Positions 29,223-38,735 of a stretch of DNA of 63,754 nt are shown here, piece after piece. Positions within the stretch are counted from its first letter, which is position 1. Each line of letters begins with the position of its first letter. The stretch lies in the NCBI GenBank assembly GCA_024256285.1, contig JACGUG010000003.1, forward strand, positions 1-63,754, in the 5' to 3' direction. The notes under the pieces are model-generated. The model searched no databases. It was given only the letters and a program-made list of their open reading frames with translations, and was not told where the DNA came from. This stretch comes from an archaeon. Its GTDB lineage: Archaea > Thermoproteota > Nitrososphaeria > Nitrososphaerales > JACAEJ01. Position numbers and translations under genes: made by a program.

Positions 29223-30077
29223 TCAACCAAACTTGCCTGTTATGTACCTCTCTGTAAGTTCATTCTTCGGATTTATGAATATGTCCTTTGTCCTTCCGTA
29301 CTCAATGAGTCTTCCTAGATATAAGAAGGCTACAAAATCGGAAACCCTTGCTGCTTGTTGCAAGTTATGAGTCACTATTACTACTGTATAATTTTCCTTG
29401 AGCCTTTGTATCAAGTCTTCTATTTTCGCTGTCGCAGCAGGGTCGAGTGCAGAACAGGGTTCATCGAAAAGTATGACTTCTGGTTTCACTGCCAATGCCC
29501 TTGCTATACACAATCTCTGTTGCTGTCCACCCGAAAGGCTTAGAGCTGATTCTTTCAATCTGTCCTTGACTTCATCCCAAAGTGCTGCTTCTCTCAACGC
29601 TTGTTCTACATCCTTCTCAAGCTTCTTTCCGTTAGCCATGTTATGAATTCTCAATCCATATGCAGCATTATCGAAGATCGATTTAGGGAAGGGGTTGGGT
29701 TTTTGGTGGACCATGCCTACCCTTTTTCTGAGCTCAAAAACGTTTATCTTTTCACTGTATATGTTGACTCCATCGAGAAACACTTCTCCAGTCGTGCGAC
29801 TCCCTTCTATAATTTTGTTCATCCTATTCAAAGCCCTTATGAAGGTTGTCTTACCACATCCAGATGGACCCATTATGGCTGTGACACTGTTACTTTTTAT
29901 GGAAAGACTCAAATCTTGAAGGATGTGTCTATCGGCGAACCAAAGATTCAGATTTCTAACCTCTATCTTATCTTTTACCATCCTAACACCATCTTTCACC
30001 GTTTTACTCTCTGATAGTTGAACTGTCCTATACCGATTTGAGAGAATTCTTCCTTCGCTTCTACTGAGATCGGTCAT
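29223..30077 (-). CDS. pstB: Phosphate ABC transporter ATPase
   Basis: [50 protein letters not shown]. Confidence 0.97.
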   Translation of the reverse strand: MTDLSRSEGRILSNRYRTVQLSESKTVKDGVRMVKDKIEVRNLNLWFADRHILQDLSLSIKSNSVTAIMGPSGCGKTTFIRALNRMNKIIEGSRTTGEVFLDGVNIYSEKINVFELRKRVGMVHQKPNPFPKSIFDNAAYGLRIHNMANGKKLEKDVEQALREAALWDEVKDRLKESALSLSGGQQQRLCIARALAVKPEVILFDEPCSALDPAATAKIEDLIQRLKENYTVVIVTHNLQQAARVSDFVAFLYLGRLIEYGRTKDIFINPKNELTERYITGKFG

Positions 30078-30079
30078 TT

Positions 30080-30919
30080 TTATCTCTGCCTCTTAATAAG
30101 GTAATTCCTTAAAAGAAGAGCTCCTAAGTTTATTATTAAAAACATAGTGACCAGAACGAGTGAAGCACCAAATGTCCTATCAAAAGCAGCAGAGGTATGA
30201 CCTTGTGTTGCCAGCATGAAAATATAAACTGGTAAAGAGCCAACGGCATCGAATATCGAGATTGGCAAAAACGCCTCAAGGCCGGACCCAGCCGTGAGTA
30301 GGACGATGGCAGTCTCCCCTATCGCCTTCCCAAGACCGAGCAGTATCCCCGTTATTATGCTGGGTGTTGCACTTCTTAATACAACGTTCCATATCGTCTG
30401 CCATTTTGTTGCACCAAGAGTAAGAGATGCTTCTCTGTAAGAATTTGGTACAGCCCTTATCGCTTCTTCAGACACTCTAACCGTCCATGGAAGGATCATG
30501 AATCCCAATGCAAGACCACCAGAAAGCACAGAAAATCCAAATAAGTAGTGGACTAAAAAAGCCAGTCCAAACAACCCTATTACGATAGAGGGAATCCCTG
30601 CAAGGGTTTCTACGAAGAACCTTATCGTCTTAGTTAGAATGTTGTCAGATGCATACTCAGCAAGATATATCCCTGAACCTACACCGATCGGAGTAGCGAA
30701 GAGCAGACAGATTGTAACTAGAAGCAAAGAGCCGACTATCTGTGGGAATATTCCTCCATACTCAAAACGGTATGGGTAACTCGTTAAGAACTCAAGGCTT
30801 ATAATACCTATACCATTCACACATATATAGAAGATTATCGACAATAAGACGAAAACAGATGTCAGACCAGTTACCCATAGAAAGGCTTTTACTATTCCTT
30901 CTTTTCTTTGTTCGTTCAT
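30080..30919 (-). CDS. pstA: Phosphate ABC transporter permease
   Basis: [24 protein letters not shown] loop, GETA. Start placed at MNEQRKE, overlapping the pstC stop. Confidence 0.95.
   Translation of the reverse strand: MNEQRKEGIVKAFLWVTGLTSVFVLLSIIFYICVNGIGIISLEFLTSYPYRFEYGGIFPQIVGSLLLVTICLLFATPIGVGSGIYLAEYASDNILTKTIRFFVETLAGIPSIVIGLFGLAFLVHYLFGFSVLSGGLALGFMILPWTVRVSEEAIRAVPNSYREASLTLGATKWQTIWNVVLRSATPSIITGILLGLGKAIGETAIVLLTAGSGLEAFLPISIFDAVGSLPVYIFMLATQGHTSAAFDRTFGASLVLVTMFLIINLGALLLRNYLIKRQR
30396..30463. repeat. 68-bp perfect direct repeat, copy 1 (in pstA); copy 2 at 31232-31299 (in pstC)
   Basis: GTCTGCCATTTTGTTGCACCAAGAGTAAGAGATGCTTCTCTGTAAGAATTTGGTACAGCCCTTATCGC is identical in both genes, then one mismatch and 8 further identical bases. 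Confidence 0.95.
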
Positions 30920-31773
30920 CTTCCAATCATCCCTCTTTTTATTGCATATCTTGCCATAAGGTTGATGATGGCAACCAAAATGAACAAAACGACCCCTATC
31001 GCAAATAATGCATGCTGATGTGGAGAGCCCCACTCCATATAACCATACTCCATGACTATCGTTGATGTCAATACCCTAACGCTATCCAAAATAGATGTTG
31101 GAATCCATGGTATGTTTGGGTTTCCGATCACCATATAGACAGCCATAGTCTCTCCTACAGCATTTCCCATGCCTAAAATCAGAGAAGCCAGTATCCCAGA
31201 CTTAGCATTTGGCAAAGTTATGTTTCTGACAGTCTGCCATTTTGTTGCACCAAGAGTAAGAGATGCTTCTCTGTAAGAATTTGGTACAGCCCTTATCGCA
31301 TCTTCAGATATGCTTATTACATGAGGCAAAGTCATTATTGAAAGAATTATCCATCCAGCAAGTATGCATTCTCCTCTTCCTCCTAAATTATCCCTTATGA
31401 ATGGGACTATCAACATCAACCCAAAGAATCCAAGCACTATCGAAGGAATCCCGACGAGCATCTCGACACTTGGCTTGATTATATTTCTAACCCAGTTTGG
31501 AGCAAATTCTGCAAGGAAGATAGCACAAGGGATACCTATAACTAATGCAATCAACACGGCACCGACTCCGACAATGATCGTGCTGACAATTATGGGCAAA
31601 ATTCCAAATTCGTTAGTTTTTGGGTGCCATATTAGACCGAATATGAAATCTAAGTTTATTGCAGACCATCCCTCGGCGAACATGAATGCGATTATAAAGA
31701 ACACTATAAGGATCGAAGAAGTTGCGGAAAAGAGCAAAATCTTCTCAATTATCTTTTCTTTGATTCTTCTCAT
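30916..31773 (-). CDS. pstC: Phosphate ABC transporter permease
   Basis: IFLAEFAP, GIPSIVLGFFG, EAA loop, GETMAV. Confidence 0.95.
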   Translation of the reverse strand: MRRIKEKIIEKILLFSATSSILIVFFIIAFMFAEGWSAINLDFIFGLIWHPKTNEFGILPIIVSTIIVGVGAVLIALVIGIPCAIFLAEFAPNWVRNIIKPSVEMLVGIPSIVLGFFGLMLIVPFIRDNLGGRGECILAGWIILSIMTLPHVISISEDAIRAVPNSYREASLTLGATKWQTVRNITLPNAKSGILASLILGMGNAVGETMAVYMVIGNPNIPWIPTSILDSVRVLTSTIVMEYGYMEWGSPHQHALFAIGVVLFILVAIINLMARYAIKRGMIGR

Positions 31774-31843
31774 TTTTTCACCTAGAATTTTTATTCATCT
31801 AGAACACACCTAATTTCTTAATAAAAGGTAGGGTAAAACAATC

Positions 31844-32683
31844 TTATTCTACCTTGACCTTGATATAACCAAGGTCTTCTACTACTTGTTGCCCTTCATC
31901 ACTCAAGACGAAATCGATGAAACTTTGAGCTAATGTATTTGGCGTGCCTTTTGTTATTAGCCAGAGAGTTCTGACTATTGGATAATCCTCAGAAAGGACG
32001 TTCTCGACGTTCGCCTCGACACCACCTATACTAATTGCTTTCACCGTTTCATCTACGTATCCTAATGATAAGTATGCCATTGAATTCTCGTCTGTGGCAA
32101 TTGTTGCTCTCACTTCGCCGTTAGATGTTTTAACCAAAGCTTCTCCAGCTATCTCTTTTCCAAAGGGCTCCATCACCTTTTCTTCAAATATACCCCTTGT
32201 ACCAGACCCTTCTTCTCTCGTGATCAAATTGATCGGAGCGTCATCACCTCCAAAATCGATCCAATTGGTTATATCTCCAGCGAAGATTTGTGAAATTTGC
32301 TCTAACGTCAGATCGTCTATGGGATTGCTTGGATGCACTATAATTGCAACACTGTCTTTTCCGATAGCAACTGGTTGCAAGTCTGGCCATTGACCCAACT
32401 CAGATGACCTCAAGTCTCTGGACGCTGCACCTATGTCTATGAGACCTTCTCCAACCTGCTGTATTCCCGTGCCCGACCCTCCTCCGCTTACTGAAATTCT
32501 TGTACAAGGACAGACTTCTTCCATATAAAGGCGGGCGCATTCTTGAGTTATCGGCAGTACTGTTGTCGATCCTGCGATAGTTAATTCTCCACCCACTGGA
32601 CGTGCGAGTTGCCATGCAATGAGGCCTATGGCCACGATCGCAATTGCTACTATTACTATGGCCATTATCGTATTACGTTGCAA
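31844..32683 (-). CDS. pstS: Phosphate ABC transporter substrate-binding protein
   Basis: N-terminal TM anchor, AGSTTV, GGGSGTG, ASR, REEGSGTR. Confidence 0.95.
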   Translation of the reverse strand: MQRNTIMAIVIVAIAIVAIGLIAWQLARPVGGELTIAGSTTVLPITQECARLYMEEVCPCTRISVSGGGSGTGIQQVGEGLIDIGAASRDLRSSELGQWPDLQPVAIGKDSVAIIVHPSNPIDDLTLEQISQIFAGDITNWIDFGGDDAPINLITREEGSGTRGIFEEKVMEPFGKEIAGEALVKTSNGEVRATIATDENSMAYLSLGYVDETVKAISIGGVEANVENVLSEDYPIVRTLWLITKGTPNTLAQSFIDFVLSDEGQQVVEDLGYIKVKVE

Positions 32684-32840
32684 ACCATCACCTCTGAGCT
32701 CTCCTTCGATGAGCAGAATATATATTTTATCGCTATTATCTATATTTTGCTATATAGTCTATTTAGGAATCCTTTATCCCATGATGCACACAATCGTAAG
32801 TATTGTTAAAGGCTTCCATTCTTGTTGAAGTAGAATTATT

Positions 32841-33452
32841 TTAAAAACCAAGTTTCTCCTTAACCAAAATCAGAGTTATCCTACCAAGGTTTCTCTCTCT
32901 TTCTATTATAACCCACTTCCCTATCGTACTATGCACACCGTACGCTTTTAGGGCTCTCTTATCTTCTAATGGGTAGACGTACTCTCTTACCCTTTTCATC
33001 GCATCCTCTAATGTCGGAGCTATCTTTTGAGCTCCAGCAACTAAGATGAGGTTCTTTGCTGCATAAGGGTAAGCTGTCACCCTTGAGCCAGACGCATCAC
33101 AGGCAACCAATTCTCCTGTCTGCGCAATCGCGTTGACACTTCCCAAAAAGTATTCTGCCGTGACAGATTTCCTCCTTAGATCTGCTCTTTTTTCTTTATC
33201 ATCTTCTTTTATGATCTCCTCATGAAGATTTCTCCATCCATGTCTTCCAGATTCCAAGTAATCCATAAATCCTATTTCATGCAACGTTGTCGAGGAGCCG
33301 TTCGATATTTCTGTATCTTTTGGTACGATCTCCAATATTTTTTCGAAGGCTTCTCTCCTTGAATCGACAACGATCACTTTTACGCCTCTATCTCGAATCG
33401 AGTTTGCTGTTTTCTCTATGATCTCACTTGAGGGTAATTCGTCTCAATTCAT
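32841..33452 (-). pseudogene. LUD-domain (lactate utilisation, LutC-like) protein with TGA at codon 3
   Basis: GGGTGA SD then ATG-AAT-TGA-GAC, in frame with the 178-aa track ORF (GSSTTL, FLGSVNAI, DASGSRV, GAQKI). Confidence 0.65.
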
Positions 33453-33730
33453 TTTATCACCCTATATGAGTTGATCATCATATCCAAGTCTTTACTTCTC
33501 TAATTTACCAATAAGTGTTTTATTATTTAGTCTTTAGAACGATTTGTCCAAATTCTGAGTTTTTTAAAAAGATCGTTTTTCGATTCACTTATGAATTTCA
33601 CAGAGCAATCGGATGGTACTCGATCATCGATTAACTGAGGGCATTTAATGCAACGAACCTTATAAAAAATTATGCCAATCTCAAGAGTAACTTGTCCGCA
33701 ATGTTAAGTATATAGCCACTTACATACACG

Positions 33731-33829
33731 TTATTTCTTCTTTGGATGTGCCTTCCTTACATGATCATCTAGGTCTTTTTTGTTATTGAAAGTTTTGCCA
33801 CATGCGGGACACTTGAGGATTTGGGACAC
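33731..33829 (-). CDS. Unannotated 32-aa classical C2H2 zinc-finger microprotein
   Basis: MSQILKCPACGKTFNNKKDLDDHVRKAHPKKK = C-x2-C-x3-F-x5-L-x2-H-x4-H; GGAGGTGA SD 6 nt before the GTG. Confidence 0.8.
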   Translation of the reverse strand: MSQILKCPACGKTFNNKKDLDDHVRKAHPKKK

Positions 33830-33961
33830 TATCAATCACCTCCCCCTCAAGTACTGAGTAAGACATCCTAATATATCTTTCTTCAATATTTTAGATATTC
33901 TTTTATTAATATATAATTTACAAAGAAAATCTTATCTAGGAGTTCTTTAATAATCTATGGT

Positions 33962-34435
33962 ATGGATGAGCTGGATTTGAAGATACTCTGTGCTCTTAGG
34001 CTTGATGGCAGAAAACCCTTCCTAGAGTTGGCTAAGGAGCTCGAGGTTTCAGATGCTACCATCCACACTAGGGTTAAAAAGATGATGGAGGAAGGTGTCA
34101 TCAAAGGCTTTGAGACGATAGTAGATGATGGGAAGCTTGGCTATGGGATAACGGCTTTCGTCGAGGTTAGGATCAAACCTGGGACGGCCGATGAAGCGGT
34201 TGCAAAGCTGAGCAGGATAGATGAAGTATTGGAGGTGCATGAGATACATGGGCATTGTGATGTACTCCTGAAGGTTAGGGTGAGGGAACTAACTGAATTG
34301 AGAGATAAGCTGGTTAGAGGAATAAAGACGGTCAAAGAAGTAGTCTCTTGTGAAGCCTATGCTACCTTAAAGGTTGTGAAAGAGGACCATGGCCTATTAC
34401 TTACTCCTCAATTAATTGGTAAAAAATATGATTAA
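33962..34435 (+). CDS. Lrp/AsnC family transcriptional regulator
   Basis: MDELDLKIL...DGRKPFLELAKELEVSDATIHTRVKKM HTH; HEIHGHCDVLLKV RAM domain. Confidence 0.95.
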   Translation: MDELDLKILCALRLDGRKPFLELAKELEVSDATIHTRVKKMMEEGVIKGFETIVDDGKLGYGITAFVEVRIKPGTADEAVAKLSRIDEVLEVHEIHGHCDVLLKVRVRELTELRDKLVRGIKTVKEVVSCEAYATLKVVKEDHGLLLTPQLIGKKYD

Positions 34436-34584
34436 AAATGATTCTGCATGAAATAGCAAAGGATTCTACTATCGTAGTTCGTATATCGATGAAAGTATGG
34501 AATATCTATGTTTGTAAACTTTTTTATATAACCTCTTATGGTATTGTGTGCTAATACGTTGGCAGGCAAAATTTTGCCATTAGG

Positions 34585-36570
34585 ATGATGATGATGGAAA
34601 AATCATCCAAAGAAAAACCTCCGCAAAGAAGAAGATCCAAGGAGACAAAATGCTTTGGTCCTATCCCCCACCTCGAGGAACTCGTTCCTCCGGACTGGTG
34701 GGGGCGCATCTTTAATTCACTTTACCTGAAAACAGATGCAGATCTCGTGGACGATCAGAGCACAACCAGTCGAGAAGTTGATATGTTCTCAAGAATCCTA
34801 AAACTCTCTCCTGAAGATAAGATTCTGGACCTATGTTGTGGTCAGGGGCGCCATTCTCTGGAATTGGCAAGGAGAGGTTTCAAATATGTTGAAGGATTGG
34901 ACCGCTCTCATTATCTGATACAGAGGGCCAAATCATCTGCTAAGAAAGATGGTCTGAATGTTAGATTTAGAGAAGGCGATGCCCGAAAACTGCCATACCC
35001 ACCCGATACCTTTGATGTAGTTTTGATACTGGGGAACAGTTTTGGCTATTTCGATACCATCCAAGACGACCTGAGAGTTTTAGAGGAGATTTTCAGAGTT
35101 TTAAAACCCTGGGGCAAAGTGCTCATCGATGTCGCTGACGGAGAATATCTGAGAAAAAATTTTCAAACTCGCTCTTGGGAATGGATAGATAAAAATTATT
35201 TTGTATGCAGGGAGCGTTCTCTTTCCTTTGATGGAGAGCGTCTGATATCAAGGGAAGTGATTACCCATGTAGAAAAGGGCGTGGTTGCCGACCAGTTCTA
35301 TGCAGAAAGGCTTTACACCAAGGAAAGTCTGACCCAGCTTTTGAAAACAGCAGCCTTCAGTAGTATCTCTCTTGAAGGTGAAATTTCTTCTGATTCCCAG
35401 CGAAATCAGGACCTGGGCATGATGGAGCGCCGTTTAATCTTTACCGCTGTAGTTAAGAGAGAATGGGCGCCCACCAAAAGGAAGCCAAAAGAAGTGGTAA
35501 AGAGGGTGATAGTAATTTTGGGCGACCCTAGTAAACCAGACACTTTAAAGCCCTGCTCCATCTTCGATGACGACGATCTGTATACTATCGATCAGTTGAA
35601 GTCATCTTTGAGAGAACTTAAAGGCTACCAGTTTTCGTATCTGGGCAATCATGATAATTTGATCCAAGAATTGATGAGAATGAAAGGGAAGATCGATTTC
35701 GTTCTTAACCTTTGTGATGAAGGTTATAACAACGATGCCAGAAAAGAGCTCCATATACCTGCCTTGCTGGAGATGCTCGGTATGCCTTATACTGGTTCTG
35801 GACCTCAGTGTCTTGCTTACTGTTATGACAAATCACTTGTGCGTGGAATTGCCAAGGAGATGAAGATTCCTGTGCCTAAAGCCTTCTTTATCAAGCCAGA
35901 AGATAGGACTTTTGAACTTTCCTTTGGCTTTCCTGTTATCGTAAAACCAAACTTTGGTGATTCCAGTTTCGGAATAACGCAGAGGAGTGTGGCAAATAGT
36001 GTAGAGGAGCTTATGGATGCCATTTCTGAAATAAGGGAGAAATTTGGCTATGATAAACCCATTCTTGTTGAGGAATTCCTTACAGGGAAAGACCTCAGTG
36101 TAGGAGTGATAGGAAGTCCTCCCGAATCTTACACAGTCCTACCTATTACTGAGGAAGATTACTCGGAACTTCCACCAGAACTTCCCAGAATCTGCGGTTA
36201 TGAGGCTAAGTGGCTTCCAGAGTCACTTTATTGGAACGTCGAATCCATTCCCGCCCAGCTACCAGGGGAGACAGAGAAGTTCATCGTGGAATGTTGTTTG
36301 AATTTGTTTGAAAGGCTGGAGTGTAGGGATTACTGTCGGTTTGACTGGAGGCTGGATGCTGAGGGGAACCCAAAGCTCCTTGAGGTGAATCCCAATCCAG
36401 GATGGTGCTGGGATGGGCACCTTGCAAAGATGGCAAAAATTGCAGGTATGTCGTACACAGAGATGCTGGCCGCTATTTTAAGAGCAGCCGAACAACGGCT
36501 GGGAATTCAAATAATAGATGGGAAGAGAGAAGAGAGATACGTTATAAAAACTTCGCCTAAAGCAGTGTAA
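34585..36570 (+). CDS. Fusion of a class I SAM methyltransferase and a D-Ala-D-Ala-ligase-like ATP-grasp domain
   Basis: ILDLCCGQGRH, GLD, GDAR and GNSFGY in the N-half; YTGS, YDKS, VKPNFGDSSFG, VEEFL and RFDWR...LLEVNPNPG in the C-half. Confidence 0.88.
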   Translation: MMMMEKSSKEKPPQRRRSKETKCFGPIPHLEELVPPDWWGRIFNSLYLKTDADLVDDQSTTSREVDMFSRILKLSPEDKILDLCCGQGRHSLELARRGFKYVEGLDRSHYLIQRAKSSAKKDGLNVRFREGDARKLPYPPDTFDVVLILGNSFGYFDTIQDDLRVLEEIFRVLKPWGKVLIDVADGEYLRKNFQTRSWEWIDKNYFVCRERSLSFDGERLISREVITHVEKGVVADQFYAERLYTKESLTQLLKTAAFSSISLEGEISSDSQRNQDLGMMERRLIFTAVVKREWAPTKRKPKEVVKRVIVILGDPSKPDTLKPCSIFDDDDLYTIDQLKSSLRELKGYQFSYLGNHDNLIQELMRMKGKIDFVLNLCDEGYNNDARKELHIPALLEMLGMPYTGSGPQCLAYCYDKSLVRGIAKEMKIPVPKAFFIKPEDRTFELSFGFPVIVKPNFGDSSFGITQRSVANSVEELMDAISEIREKFGYDKPILVEEFLTGKDLSVGVIGSPPESYTVLPITEEDYSELPPELPRICGYEAKWLPESLYWNVESIPAQLPGETEKFIVECCLNLFERLECRDYCRFDWRLDAEGNPKLLEVNPNPGWCWDGHLAKMAKIAGMSYTEMLAAILRAAEQRLGIQIIDGKREERYVIKTSPKAV

Positions 36571-36590
36571 TGTAATATAATGTAATGTAA
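36566..36590 (+). repeat. Pentamer tandem repeat T(G/A)TAA x5
   Basis: TGTAA TGTAA TATAA TGTAA TGTAA, starting at the stop codon of the fusion gene. Confidence 0.8.
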
Positions 36591-36848
36591 AAGACCAACG
36601 CTCCGTCCAAATTCTGTTACATAAAACTTCTAAAACGACAACTGGAGATAATAAGATGGGTTCGTAAAAAGTTTCTGAAAAAAATTAATAGGGGCCTAAG
36701 TTATATCTTATTTGGTCTTAATGGCGTTCAGCGTTGTTCGACGGGCGAACTGACCTATCTTGGGATGACGATCTAAGCGCTGTTCGCCAAGAAAGCCACT
36801 ACAAATCTGACAAGACTTAAATCGTTAAATATTTCTCAAAAGAAATTT

Positions 36849-36923
36849 GGGCCGGTAGTCCAGTTTGGTAGTGACGCCGTCTTCGCAAGGCGGAGATCGC
36901 GGGTTCGAATCCCGCCCGGTCCA
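36849..36923 (+). tRNA. tRNA-Ala(CGC), intronless
   Basis: GGGCCGG/CCGGTCC acceptor with G3:U70, loop TTCGCAA, GGTTCGAATCC T-arm, A73. Confidence 0.95.
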
Positions 36924-37114
36924 CTCTTAATTGAGTGCTGAAGAGAGGCTGTGATTATCGATGATACTTCTGTGCAATTTCATACTTCTTTGTGTACTTT
37001 TTGGGATTTCTTTCAAATTCAGCTTTACAAAGCTCCGAGCAAAAGTAGTAAGTATGGATAGGCTCATCAGGACTATTACAAACCATTTATGAGTATAAAT
37101 TTGAAATTATCACC

Positions 37115-37142
37115 ATTGATGGCATTAATTGATGGCATTAAT
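37115..37142 (+). repeat. 13-bp tandem duplication ATTGATGGCATTA x2
   Basis: Two exact adjacent copies about 30 nt upstream of the Rieske gene. Confidence 0.85.
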
Positions 37143-37171
37143 ATATGTGATAATAAAAGGTTATTGGGTGG

Positions 37172-37507
37172 ATGGAAGATTTGAAATTTGTAAAAGTTGC
37201 TGAGACTTCAGAAATTCCAATGGGAAAGATGAAGAAGGTGAAGCTTGAAGAAAAAGAGATTTTGATTGCAAATGTAGATGGGAACTATTATGCTATCGAA
37301 AACAGATGCACACATGCAGGCGGAGACCTTTCTAAAGGGGCTTTAGACGGTAGAATAGTAACTTGCCCTAGACACGGCTCAAGATTTGACGTAACTACAG
37401 GAAAAGCTGTTTCCGGTCCAAAGATTCTCTTTCTGCGTTTTAAGACTAAGGATGCGCCCTCCTTTGAAGTCAAAGTTGAAGGAAAGGATTTAATGCTCAA
37501 AAGATGA
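37172..37507 (+). CDS. Rieske [2Fe-2S] ferredoxin
   Basis: CTH...CPRHGSRFDVTTG. Confidence 0.92.
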   Translation: MEDLKFVKVAETSEIPMGKMKKVKLEEKEILIANVDGNYYAIENRCTHAGGDLSKGALDGRIVTCPRHGSRFDVTTGKAVSGPKILFLRFKTKDAPSFEVKVEGKDLMLKR

Positions 37508-37541
37508 ATATAGCCTCATATCAGATCTGGCGAAAATTTAA

Positions 37542-37712
37542 AGCCAGATCATCAACCCCGATATGGAGATCCTTGCAAGAAGCCGAAAGACAAACGAAGA
37601 AGTTCGTGTCGTCGAGATAGACCCGAAGAAGGCGGATTCCAAGAGGATTACTGACCATAACGACCTATGGGTCGATCGTAGAATAGATCTCTACAAACCC
37701 TTGCTGAAGTAG
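37542..37712 (+). pseudogene. C-terminal remnant of a carbon-nitrogen hydrolase (nitrilase family)
   Basis: SQIINPDMEILARSRKTNEEVRVVEIDPKKADSKRITDHNDLWVDRRIDLY resembles the family C-terminus; an in-frame stop lies just upstream and the catalytic part is absent. Confidence 0.65.
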
Positions 37713-37835
37713 ACAGATGTTGTTAGCCTATACCTATTCATTCGATCACGCAAGAGTCGCTAGATATTATCTTTCCACTCCTATTATCACATTACAATAG
37801 AAATAAAGGTAATCAAATCTGAATAAGGCGACGGG

Positions 37836-38522
37836 ATGTCTCTATTAAAGAGAACAATTGACAGTTATATGAAGAAGGTTTCTGGAATAGAAGAGCATTG
37901 TGATAGATGTCTTAGAACAGAGAGGTGGGGAGGGAATGTTGTTTTAATGGTCGTGGATGCAGCCTTTACATCCATCGGCTTAAATTACTTCACAGCGGTT
38001 GTGCCAAAGGTCGAAGAATTCGATAAGAAGTTTGTGGAAGATGGGAAGATAAAAAACCTCAAGGACCTTGCAGAAGCAGACATCAACGAATTAAGAAAAG
38101 TGTGGAGAAATAAGAGATCATGGATGGTTGCAAAGGATGTAGCCTCCTATCTATCGATGATGGGTGATGATAAGTCGGCTCTAAGAACTTGGGCGAGAAA
38201 TTCTAGCCTTGAGAAATGGAGAGAAGATCCAATTGGAAAAATTAGAGGGGTTGGCATGATCACCTTTCAATATCTGAGGATGATGGGCGGTGTCGATACC
38301 GTAATGCCAGATAAGATAGTCAAGAGGGTTATAAACGAGATCTTGGAGAGGGTGGGTTCTAAGCCAGTAAGCAACGATATAGAATTTGTGAAGAAAGCCG
38401 AAAAGATTGCTCTAACATGTGGATATAGGCCCATAGAGCTTTGCTGGATGACATGGCTTGTGCAGCCTGAGGGGAAGATAATGAGAATGGAAAGATATTC
38501 AAACATCCTTTCAAAGATTTGA
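37836..38522 (+). CDS. Hypothetical protein with a helix-hairpin-helix (HhH-GPD-like) motif
   Basis: IGKIRGVGMITFQYLRMMGGVDTVMPDKIVKR resembles HhH plus the catalytic Asp region; no Fe-S cysteine cluster. Confidence 0.6.
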   Translation: MSLLKRTIDSYMKKVSGIEEHCDRCLRTERWGGNVVLMVVDAAFTSIGLNYFTAVVPKVEEFDKKFVEDGKIKNLKDLAEADINELRKVWRNKRSWMVAKDVASYLSMMGDDKSALRTWARNSSLEKWREDPIGKIRGVGMITFQYLRMMGGVDTVMPDKIVKRVINEILERVGSKPVSNDIEFVKKAEKIALTCGYRPIELCWMTWLVQPEGKIMRMERYSNILSKI

Positions 38523-38735
38523 TGTAACTGATGTATTGGCCAAAGTTCACCATGAAACAATGGGTTATGTTAGCAACACCTATAGCGCTCTTTTTTACGA
38601 TGTTGGCTGCCTTCCAAGGTTTGAAGATTTGACTTAAGGCCCTCTTTTTCCCTTACAAGACTATCGATCATACTCCTTTGACTTGATAGCTCGTTTCTTA
38701 AGCTCCTTTCAACTTCTTAATATATATCTTATCTT

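Noticed and set aside
28826-29230. Opposing 99-aa and 85-aa ORFs between the methyltransferase and pstB
   Set aside because: They overlap each other, have no motifs or clear SD, and may be a decayed gene that I cannot identify
32717-32760. Repeated TATATTTT upstream of pstS as a Pho-box analogue
   Set aside because: Low-complexity AT-rich promoter DNA, indistinguishable from TATA elements without TSS data
27376-33452. Genome-wide TGA recoding (Trp or selenocysteine) suggested by two in-frame TGAs
   Set aside because: Many intact genes end in TGA, several with stop/start overlaps (psmA, rrp4, rrp41). Neither position is a catalytic Cys and no SECIS-like hairpin was recognised.
36720-36800. 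Possible ncRNA upstream of tRNA-Ala (GGCGAAC/GTTCGCC stem, CTGA...GATGA)
   Set aside because: No recognisable C box or terminal D box for a C/D sRNA, and the fluoride riboswitch pseudoknot pairing is absent. A 7-bp stem alone is within chance; an Infernal/Rfam scan would settle it.
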